From: Xylanibacter ruminicola 23
GTDB lineage: Bacteria; Bacteroidota; Bacteroidia; Bacteroidales; Bacteroidaceae
Direction: 5' to 3'
Assembly: GCF_000025925.1 (NCBI RefSeq)
Contig: NC_014033.1
Coordinates: forward strand, 240,001 to 272,000
DNA: 32,000 bases
Shown here: in pieces, positions 15,233 to 22,337 of the stretch
Layout: every line of letters begins with the position of its first letter
Numbering within the stretch: the stretch's first letter is position 1
Position numbers and translations under genes: made by a program
Notes under the pieces: model-generated
Told to the model about the DNA's origin: nothing
What the model saw: only the letters and a program-made list of their open reading frames with translations
Database searches by the model: none

Positions 15233-16309
15233 ATGGAAACAAAAGACATAAAACAACTTCAGTATGAAAACAAAAAACTGAAGAAGGAGTATGGTAGGCT
15301 GCTTGAAGAGATTCAGCGCTTATGGAGATTTAAGAAGGAAACAAAGCTGTTTTCTTCTGAGTATATGAAACGTCTGCAGCAGACTGACCTTAGGAAAAAG
15401 GTGTTTGAAGGTACTGACTTTACTATTTTTAAAGGCATTAATGAAAGCGATAGCAGGCAGTTTATGCTTTACAATATAGAAAAGATAATTGGTCAGCAGC
15501 CAAATGGTGATGCAGCCCAGAAGTACGTATCGCAAATATATGGTGAGAAAAAACTGTTGGATTTAGACGAACCATTCCCGTTTATACCTATGGAGAATGT
15601 GGATGGCTGGCTTCTTGATATGGTAAGGCTGATGGGATGCTTGATGGGGCAGAACCCTTGGGGAAAGTGCTTTTCGTTAAGATGGCTCAGCTCTAGGTTT
15701 GAGGCTGGAACTGGAGACGATCCGTATCAGTTCTCACCAGAAAACGAAGAACTTTTGTATTGGCTGGAGGTTACGGAATATAGAAGAATAGCTGCGCTTG
15801 TCGCCAAGATGGTAGAAAGTATAACTATGCTCGAATACCAGAGAATATCTTCGGCTGTTTATGATTATATATGGGAGAAACTACATGGCTTTATCCCTGA
15901 TTGGGCCAATGTAGACCAATGTAATTCGTATATCAATAGCCTGCTTGATATAATAAATAATGTAAACGCCCATATCAAGGAAGGTGCACAACGTGGGCTC
16001 TGTATCGAAGAAGTTGGGCTGATTGACTCACTTTGGGGTGATGTGAATCATACCTACCATAAAGACTATTTAGCTGCAACTAAGGAGATTTGGCAGAAGA
16101 TAAAGCCTGTTCGTGATAGTTTTTGTGATGGCGGCAGGAATCGAGAGAATTATCAATTATTCGTTAACGATATGCTTAAAATTGCTCTGCCGATTGCAGA
16201 GCAATACAATCTTGACATGGAACTTGACGATGAACATAGTCTACCGTTGAGTTATCTTAAGTATTGGTTGGAATCAATTTATTGTTACGATGATTACCGC
16301 CTTGAATAA
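15233..16309 (+). CDS. orphan protein A (358 aa) with an N-terminal coiled coil
   Basis: Long ORF with no competing frame. AT-rich: hand count 35 G+C in 15241-15340, against 56 in 7021-7120. No motif recognised. Confidence 0.7.
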   Translation: METKDIKQLQYENKKLKKEYGRLLEEIQRLWRFKKETKLFSSEYMKRLQQTDLRKKVFEGTDFTIFKGINESDSRQFMLYNIEKIIGQQPNGDAAQKYVSQIYGEKKLLDLDEPFPFIPMENVDGWLLDMVRLMGCLMGQNPWGKCFSLRWLSSRFEAGTGDDPYQFSPENEELLYWLEVTEYRRIAALVAKMVESITMLEYQRISSAVYDYIWEKLHGFIPDWANVDQCNSYINSLLDIINNVNAHIKEGAQRGLCIEEVGLIDSLWGDVNHTYHKDYLAATKEIWQKIKPVRDSFCDGGRNRENYQLFVNDMLKIALPIAEQYNLDMELDDEHSLPLSYLKYWLESIYCYDDYRLE

Positions 16310-17135
16310 AGAACCACTAATACCACGTGGCGACTATTCGCCAGTAGTACGTGATAGGATTAACCGGTTAAAGCAAGATGCCGATCGGTTATTCTCATTG
16401 GGTGCAGTTCGAAAGCGATGTCAGCAGGCTTTAGTGCAGTTTTACGCCAATCTTAAGCCAGAACCATACGTAGATCTGCGCACTCAGCTATCTAACAATA
16501 GGGAGTATCGCTTTGCGCAAAGTCTTACGCTTACCTATAGATCTACCAACGATAGACTGGTACAATGGGCAAAGGGGTGCATGAGCGAATATCTGCTGCA
16601 AGAAGCTATTGAGGAGCGCGAGCGGTTGATTGAGAATTTTGCGCGTATTAAACTTGCCAGCCGCTGGTATCAGATGAAAGACGATGATGAGGCTTGGCGT
16701 GTGTTCTCGCAAAACATACCCTATGACGATGCCGACAGGGAGAAAGAAATAGATGAGTTTTTTGAAACGCTGGATATCCTTTGTATCCTGACAGATGTGA
16801 TTAACGGCCATGCTGCAGAGTACGGACTTGATGTAGACTACCATACGCGTACTTTGACGGGAGTTTTAGCCTCAGAAAAAGCGGTGAAATACTGGAAACA
16901 ACTGGTAGAACAGCAGTTTGTTGACCAGCACTACATGCTATTGGCAAGCACTACTCGCCAGCAAGCAATGTATATTGCAGAACTATTTGCAGAAACGCTG
17001 GAACTGGAAGACAAATGGAAAACTTTTGAAGACTTCTGGGGTATCAACAATCTGGCCCAGGAGAAGTATAAATGCACAGAGTTAGGCAAGTTACCTGCCC
17101 GCTCTGATGTTATCGATATGATTTTCAAAGATTAA
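16290..17135 (+). CDS. orphan protein B (281 aa), start overlapping A by 20 nt
   Basis: The ATG at 16290 lies inside the end of A, which suggests translational coupling. A terminator follows. No motif recognised. Confidence 0.7.
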   Translation: MITALNKEPLIPRGDYSPVVRDRINRLKQDADRLFSLGAVRKRCQQALVQFYANLKPEPYVDLRTQLSNNREYRFAQSLTLTYRSTNDRLVQWAKGCMSEYLLQEAIEERERLIENFARIKLASRWYQMKDDDEAWRVFSQNIPYDDADREKEIDEFFETLDILCILTDVINGHAAEYGLDVDYHTRTLTGVLASEKAVKYWKQLVEQQFVDQHYMLLASTTRQQAMYIAELFAETLELEDKWKTFEDFWGINNLAQEKYKCTELGKLPARSDVIDMIFKD

Positions 17136-17162
17136 TATAACTGCCTGATAATCAATATAAGT

Positions 17163-17210
17163 GTCCCCTATATAGTCCCTACTATAGCCCCTATTATAGC
17201 CCCTATATAG
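17163..17210 (+). repeat. four tandem 12-mers: GTCCCCTATATA, GTCCCTACTATA, GCCCCTATTATA, GCCCCTATATAG
   Basis: Read directly. The last copy forms the 5' arm of the terminator hairpin. Confidence 0.9.
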
Positions 17211-17221
17211 GGGCTTTTTTT
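17198..17221 (+). terminator. intrinsic terminator of the A-B operon
   Basis: AGCCCCTA (17198-17205) pairs with TAGGGGCT (17208-17215), followed by seven T. Confidence 0.75.
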
Positions 17222-17234
17222 GTTTTAATAGCCG

Positions 17235-17242
17235 TACCTTTG
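17235..17242 (+). promoter_or_regulatory. -7 promoter box TACCTTTG
   Basis: TAnnTTTG immediately after the terminator. It overlaps the ORF-track start at 17240, which favours the ATG at 17342. Confidence 0.45.
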
Positions 17243-17341
17243 CCGTCGATAAGAATTTTATGTTTAATCCGAGTGGGGTGGGAGTCCTCTGAGGTGAAAA
17301 GCTGCAGCAATCATGCTCTTCTCACAAAACACTTGGAAAAG

Positions 17342-17824
17342 ATGAAACAAGTAGTATTGCGTATCGACGACGCAGCTTTTGAGAAGTTTATGGGTATGGT
17401 AGATCTATGCCCGATGGTTGAGGTGCTGAATGTTTGCAGCACTGGCGACAAGAAACTTACCATTGATACCTATGTGGCATCGGCCATACGCGAAATGCGA
17501 CAGGCCCTGGCTTTTAAGAACCCCTGCGACTATGCTTACCTGATGGTGGCTATGAACGAGAGCGTGGTAAAAGGATTGCCCTTTTTCTATACCCCCAAAG
17601 ATTTTATCGACTATATGCACCAATCTGATTTTGATAATCTGCCTGGTCGCACCACCATCTACGATACCATAGCTAAGGTAAAAGGAAAGTACCCCGACTG
17701 GACGTTTACCGATAGCCCCAAAGCCAGCGAGGCACTGCGCAGAAAGAACTTGGTGAAGCGATTTTTGAGTGCCTTTATGAGGGCTCAAAACAATAAGTCG
17801 GACGGTTGGTCGGACGAAGCTTAA
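17342..17824 (+). CDS. hypothetical protein (160 aa)
   Basis: The start MKQVVLRIDD lies downstream of the promoter box. The antisense 197-aa ORF looks non-protein-like. Confidence 0.6.
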   Translation: MKQVVLRIDDAAFEKFMGMVDLCPMVEVLNVCSTGDKKLTIDTYVASAIREMRQALAFKNPCDYAYLMVAMNESVVKGLPFFYTPKDFIDYMHQSDFDNLPGRTTIYDTIAKVKGKYPDWTFTDSPKASEALRRKNLVKRFLSAFMRAQNNKSDGWSDEA

Positions 17825-17848
17825 AGGTGTCGGACGATACGTCGGACA
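17797..17848 (+). repeat. four direct copies of GTCGGAC(G/A) with 12/20/12-nt spacing
   Basis: The copies start at 17797, 17809, 17829 and 17841. They straddle the stop codon at 17822-17824. Confidence 0.9.
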
Positions 17849-18015
17849 ATAGAAAATAAAGCCATCGTGGGGTGAATTTTTATTGCGAACTTTGCCGATG
17901 AAATCAGCGAGAACAGGCTGCACCTCAGCAATTCGAGCGAGCTCGATTGCATTCGGTTTGCACTGTCCTTGCATCGTCGAAAGGAAAAAACGACGCAAAT
18001 TTAAAATTAAAAGTT

Positions 18016-18336
18016 ATGGTAAGACAAAGTATTTTTGAAAAGAGAAAAGGCGGTCAGTTCATCTTCGAAGATGAAGACCTGATGAGAGTACAGTGCTTGG
18101 AACATGATGCCGAGAGCGTGATGTGCCAACTGGAGAACAAATTAAGCCAACCGTTGCTGTTTATGCTTAACCAACAGCTGTTAGGGTTCAGCAGCCAGAT
18201 GCAACAAGAACTGGCAATGGATATGGTTGACTATGTGTGCGACGATGTGATACGAATGACGGGATGCCCATCGGCTGATTACGTATTGGAAACGTGTTAC
18301 GCATGGATAGAGGAAGAGCAGGGAGGTGTAGCGTGA
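18016..18336 (+). CDS. hypothetical protein (106 aa)
   Basis: ATG at 18016 after an A-rich leader. The stop TGA overlaps the next ATG (TGATG). Confidence 0.55.
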   Translation: MVRQSIFEKRKGGQFIFEDEDLMRVQCLEHDAESVMCQLENKLSQPLLFMLNQQLLGFSSQMQQELAMDMVDYVCDDVIRMTGCPSADYVLETCYAWIEEEQGGVA

Positions 18337-18566
18337 TGGAACAGATAGTTAATGCCTATCACATTAAGGTGAACAAATGCTGTGCATCGTGCAAGCATAA
18401 GGAAAGCCAGAATGATGGTACAAGGCAGTGCACTAAGACGGGGCAGATAGTAGAGGCGAAATCGGTATGCCCTGAGTGGGAAATGAACGACTGTCTGCGT
18501 AATGCAGGCTTGCAAAAGGGAGCCGTGGTTCGCCTGAAAGGAACTACAGAAATAGTAATATGTTAA
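18336..18566 (+). CDS. small Cys-rich protein (76 aa), possible zinc ribbon
   Basis: KCCASCKH ... RQCTKTG ... SVCPEW gives a four-or-more-Cys pattern. The start is coupled to the preceding stop. Confidence 0.55.
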   Translation: MEQIVNAYHIKVNKCCASCKHKESQNDGTRQCTKTGQIVEAKSVCPEWEMNDCLRNAGLQKGAVVRLKGTTEIVIC

Positions 18567-18597
18567 ACATTAAACATTAAAGATTAAACATTAAAGA
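18563..18597 (+). repeat. five tandem heptamers TTAAACA/TTAAAGA (CATTAAA register) ending 3 nt before the ATG at 18601
   Basis: Read directly. The unit and orientation relative to the downstream start match 12657-12677. Confidence 0.9.
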
Positions 18598-18600
18598 GTT

Positions 18601-18912
18601 ATGAAGAAAATGACAAAAATTGAAAAGATGGTGCGCATGTTTAGCGGCACCGACGATATTGAAAAGCAGTTTGCTAATGATGTACAGACTTGGGGTGATG
18701 AGTTTACAGCTATAGCCGATAAGCTCGACATCCGTAACCCCTGGGATCAGGCTGTGCTGGTGGCTATTTTTACCAACATGCTGGCATGTATAACGGTTAA
18801 CGCCATGTTTGATGGTGTGAACTTGGAGAAGGCTATACGTGATAACTATTATGATGCCTTGAAGGAATACAAGAAACAGGCTGCAAGGGAAATTGCGAAA
18901 GGTAACATCTAA
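18601..18912 (+). CDS. hypothetical protein (103 aa)
   Basis: Clean ORF on the same strand as its neighbours. No motif recognised. Confidence 0.55.
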   Translation: MKKMTKIEKMVRMFSGTDDIEKQFANDVQTWGDEFTAIADKLDIRNPWDQAVLVAIFTNMLACITVNAMFDGVNLEKAIRDNYYDALKEYKKQAAREIAKGNI

Positions 18913-19014
18913 GAAAGGTAAGTAAATAACCGAGTCGAAGTGTGGTGGAGGAAGTCTACGTAGTGAAAATGGCCAAATTCTAACACAACCCTTCACTCAT
19001 CAATTCGACAAGTT

Positions 19015-19335
19015 ATGAAAAAATATATTGCTATTGACGAAGAGGTTCTTGTGCGCCTCGTTGAAGGAAAGCGCGTAGAGGGTTCACTACATCGTGACAA
19101 GTTTACGGGAGTGATAACATTTAATGCCTATAAGCGTAAGTCGCGTAATTGCGCGAACGACCGCCTGGTAAAAAAGTTGCCATGGGGCTGGGTTAAGGAG
19201 AGTATACAGCGTATCAAGGTGTATGGCAGTTTCCCCAAAGAATTGGGTGCTGCAGCAGTGATGGGGCTGATGGACGATCACCATCGCGACGCCAAGAATG
19301 CGATGATAGAACGTGAACTGATTGAATTCTGCTAA
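19015..19335 (+). CDS. hypothetical protein (106 aa)
   Basis: Clean ORF directly upstream of the primase-like gene. No motif recognised. Confidence 0.55.
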   Translation: MKKYIAIDEEVLVRLVEGKRVEGSLHRDKFTGVITFNAYKRKSRNCANDRLVKKLPWGWVKESIQRIKVYGSFPKELGAAAVMGLMDDHHRDAKNAMIERELIEFC

Positions 19336-19372
19336 GGCTTAATTCAAAATTGATAATTGAAAATTTAAGATT

Positions 19373-21811
19373 ATGTTTTGCTATCAGAAAAACTTTAGTA
19401 ACCCCACCTTGCCGGTAGATGAGACTCAGTTCTGGGCTCTTGTTAAGGCCACCAAGTGGAACGAGAATATCGATAAGTATCGCGAAACGGGCGATGCAGC
19501 GTTGAAACGCAAACTGCCTGCATTCATCTTTCAGGCTACTTTCGACGAAACAACATCGGCCAAAGGTAGATTAGGTGCCTGGCGCAAACAGGCAGCCACC
19601 CGCTTAACGGGCCTGGTGGTGATGGATCTCGACCATATCGAGAACCCGTTAACCCTGTATCAGGGCTGGATAGATAAAGGCCTCGACCTGAAGGCATTGG
19701 GCATTGTGCTCGTGTATATCACACCCAGTGGAAAGGGATTGAAGATTGTGTTCAAGGCCCGACTGGATTGGGGCAACCTGATTGATAATCAGCACGCTAT
19801 GGCCAAACTGCTGGGCGACGAGGTGGTAGTGGATGAGGCCTGCAAGGACTCGTCGAGAATGAGTTACATTTGCAAATATACCGATATTTTATTTATTGAT
19901 AAAGAACTGTTTAGTTATGAGAACCAAGAGTATGCTGAGCGATATACTGCTCTATATCGAGACGGTCGCTCACAGAGCGAGAGTGCGAATCTTCCAGAAA
20001 CATCAACTCCCATCGAGCATAGTAACGAACCTGTAATGTGGCGTGGATATGATGTACAGTGTATTATTGATAAGCGCTATGGCGATAAGCTGCCATGCCG
20101 AGAGGATAGAAACAGACATAACGAAAGCCTCAAGTTGGCCTCTGATCTGCTCACACTACTCGACGGCGATAGGGTTGATGTGCAGCGAGTGCTCGAAAAG
20201 CAGACGTGGGTACAGGAACTCATCAGCGAGGGCGAAAGGGTGGAGAATACCATATCGAGTGCCGTTGAGCACAAACGCGATAAGGAGAAGAAATTCCTTA
20301 ATCAGCTGCCCAGTAAGCCCATGCTTGAGGCTATCCAGGAGGTTACGGGTAAGACGTGCCAGGAGATTACGAAGGGCACGAAAGCGTCAACGGCGGCGGT
20401 GCTGAAGGATGATACCATGGCACAGATGCTGTGGGAATGGGGTGAAGAGATTGAGGCCCTGAGTGAGTACTATCCAGCCCTGAAGGATGTGTGCAAGGGC
20501 TTGAAGCACAACCAGTACCCAGCGGCCCTGTTTGTAGCAGGCGGCCTGTTGATGACGCTGATGACACGTTGCACGTACCGCTTTTACCATCGACCAGAAG
20601 AGTTGCGACGATTGAACAACTCAACGCTGATAATTGGCGATCCTGCCAGTGGTAAGAGTTTTGCCACCCGCTTGTTTAAACTGCTGGCAGCACCTATTAT
20701 TGAGGCTGATAAAGTAGGTAAAGAGGCTATTAATGCCTATCGCGAGCAGATGCGCACCAAGGGCGCTAACAAGGAGAAGCCTAAGAAACCTAAGGTTATC
20801 GTACGTGTACACCCTGCACGAACCAGTAATGCCCAGTTTATACAGGACATGGTGAACAGTGTAGAGGAGGTGGATGGCGAGCCCATGCAGCTGCACATGC
20901 TGACGTTTGATACCGAGTTGGATAACACTATCTGTGTACAGAAGGGTGGTAGCTGGATCGACAAGCAGAGCATGGAACTGAAGGCGTTCCATAACGAGGA
21001 AGATGGACAGGCATACTCGAACAACGACTCTATCCTGCAGGATTTCTTCGTGACCTGGAACTACATCTACACAGGTACGCCCATCGCGCTGAAAAAGAAG
21101 GTGAACGCGCAGAACTTCGGCTCAGGACTGGCTACCCGACTGACCTGCATTCCGCTGCCTGCTACCAACTTTAAGATGATGACGCGCGAAAGTAATGTGG
21201 ATTACGATAGCGACAACCGCTTAAAGGAATGGGCTAAGAAGCTGGACCGTACCAAGGGCGAACTCTCAGTTCAGAAGCTGGTAGATGAACTCTACGACTG
21301 GACAGCCCGTCGAATGGCCGATGCAGAAGAGAACGACAGCAAAGCCGACGAGATGCTGCTGAAACGTTGTGCCTACCATGGCTTGAACTTCTCGGCTCCG
21401 TTTATCGTGATGCGCCACTGGGGCGATCTGCATCAGGAAGGCAACTACTGGTGTGGTACATTCGAGACGGACGAAATAGATTGGCGACTGGCTGAACTGA
21501 TAGTAAACATACAGTATGCCTGCCAGCGATACTACTTTGGTGCGATGGCCGAAGCCTACTTCGACAACAAACTGAAGGATGCCAGCGTAAACGTGCAGCG
21601 TCGTCAGAAAACCTACGAAGGTTTCGAGCGACTGCCCGATGTGTTTACAACCGACGATGTGGTTCGTTGCTTCCAGCTAAAGAGTGCTGCTACAGCCTAT
21701 ATGCGAATAAGTCGTTTGACCAAGGATCGACTAATAGAAAAGGCCGAAGACTATGTTGAAGATGGATGCGCCAAGGTGCGCTATCGTAAAACCGGTCTGC
21801 TCATGATCTAA
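19373..21811 (+). CDS. VirE-N/BT4734-like N-terminal domain plus P-loop NTPase (primase-helicase-like replication protein)
   Basis: The N-terminus PAFIFQATFDE...RLTGLVVMDLDHIENP fits the VirE_N/BT4734-like type. Walker A is GDPASGKSF at about residue 420. The 812-aa architecture is common in Bacteroidales cassettes that carry HU-like genes. Confidence 0.75.
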   Translation: MFCYQKNFSNPTLPVDETQFWALVKATKWNENIDKYRETGDAALKRKLPAFIFQATFDETTSAKGRLGAWRKQAATRLTGLVVMDLDHIENPLTLYQGWIDKGLDLKALGIVLVYITPSGKGLKIVFKARLDWGNLIDNQHAMAKLLGDEVVVDEACKDSSRMSYICKYTDILFIDKELFSYENQEYAERYTALYRDGRSQSESANLPETSTPIEHSNEPVMWRGYDVQCIIDKRYGDKLPCREDRNRHNESLKLASDLLTLLDGDRVDVQRVLEKQTWVQELISEGERVENTISSAVEHKRDKEKKFLNQLPSKPMLEAIQEVTGKTCQEITKGTKASTAAVLKDDTMAQMLWEWGEEIEALSEYYPALKDVCKGLKHNQYPAALFVAGGLLMTLMTRCTYRFYHRPEELRRLNNSTLIIGDPASGKSFATRLFKLLAAPIIEADKVGKEAINAYREQMRTKGANKEKPKKPKVIVRVHPARTSNAQFIQDMVNSVEEVDGEPMQLHMLTFDTELDNTICVQKGGSWIDKQSMELKAFHNEEDGQAYSNNDSILQDFFVTWNYIYTGTPIALKKKVNAQNFGSGLATRLTCIPLPATNFKMMTRESNVDYDSDNRLKEWAKKLDRTKGELSVQKLVDELYDWTARRMADAEENDSKADEMLLKRCAYHGLNFSAPFIVMRHWGDLHQEGNYWCGTFETDEIDWRLAELIVNIQYACQRYYFGAMAEAYFDNKLKDASVNVQRRQKTYEGFERLPDVFTTDDVVRCFQLKSAATAYMRISRLTKDRLIEKAEDYVEDGCAKVRYRKTGLLMI

Positions 21812-21839
21812 CGTCCTAACATCCTAACAAACTAACATT
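21808..21839 (+). repeat. CTAAC repeat block CTAACGTCCTAACATCCTAACAAACTAACATT
   Basis: Read directly. It starts at the primase-like stop codon and relates to 13529-13553 (direct) and 13685-13701 (inverted). Confidence 0.9.
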
Positions 21840-21896
21840 AAGAAAAAGGAACAGATAGTACAGTTAAATAGTAAAGCAAACCTCTCCCAGCACTTC

Positions 21897-22319
21897 GTGC
21901 TCGAGGAGTTCACCAGGAGCAAGTATCCTGAGGTGTATAACATTCCCAGTCACGAGGTTATTGCAAATCTGAAGCGGTTGTGTGAGTGGTTGGAAGTGCT
22001 GCGCAAGCGTTATAATGATAAATATGGAGAGGGAGAAGATCCTATCCGTATTAACTCTGGGTATCGCAGTCCGCAGTTGAATCGCAAAGTGGGGGGAGCC
22101 CCCACCAGTAATCACTTAACGGGCTGTGCGGTGGATATTCGCACCAATGGTATGGAGCAGGCAATAGAATATGCAGCCATATTGATAGCCTATGCCAATG
22201 AATCGGCACAGGACTATGATGAACTGCTGATAGAAAAAAATCGCTATGGTGCCGTGTGGTTGCACTTCGCCGTGCGCCCCAAAGATAATCGTAGAAAAGT
22301 AGCGTTTATACAAGCGTAG
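21897..22319 (+). CDS. peptidase M15 (zinc D-Ala-D-Ala carboxypeptidase/endolysin-like); start codon uncertain
   Basis: NSGYRSPQLNRKVGGAPTSNHLTGCAVD plus a later WLHFAV gives the H..D..H zinc ligands of the M15 family. The frame is open from 21828, but the only canonical start is the GTG at 21897. Confidence 0.75.
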   Translation: MLEEFTRSKYPEVYNIPSHEVIANLKRLCEWLEVLRKRYNDKYGEGEDPIRINSGYRSPQLNRKVGGAPTSNHLTGCAVDIRTNGMEQAIEYAAILIAYANESAQDYDELLIEKNRYGAVWLHFAVRPKDNRRKVAFIQA

Positions 22320-22337
22320 TATAAATGATATAAGCAG

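Noticed and set aside
18016-18566. The overlapping 106-aa/76-aa pair as a toxin-antitoxin module
   Set aside because: Only the TGATG coupling fits. Neither protein shows a known toxin or antitoxin motif. They sit inside a longer co-directional operon rather than as an autonomous pair.
12459-18597. The short tandem repeat arrays (heptamers, CTAAC blocks, 12-mers) as a possible CRISPR array
   Set aside because: The units are 5-12 bp and directly abutting, with no unique spacers of 25-40 bp. There are no cas genes. This is not CRISPR architecture.
12430-22320. Calling the whole accessory cassette a prophage, ICE or integrative plasmid
   Set aside because: No integrase/recombinase, tRNA target, capsid/terminase, relaxase or T4SS genes are present in the window. 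Most of it (for example the primase-like gene) has host-like G+C. Only a cassette or remnant description is supported.
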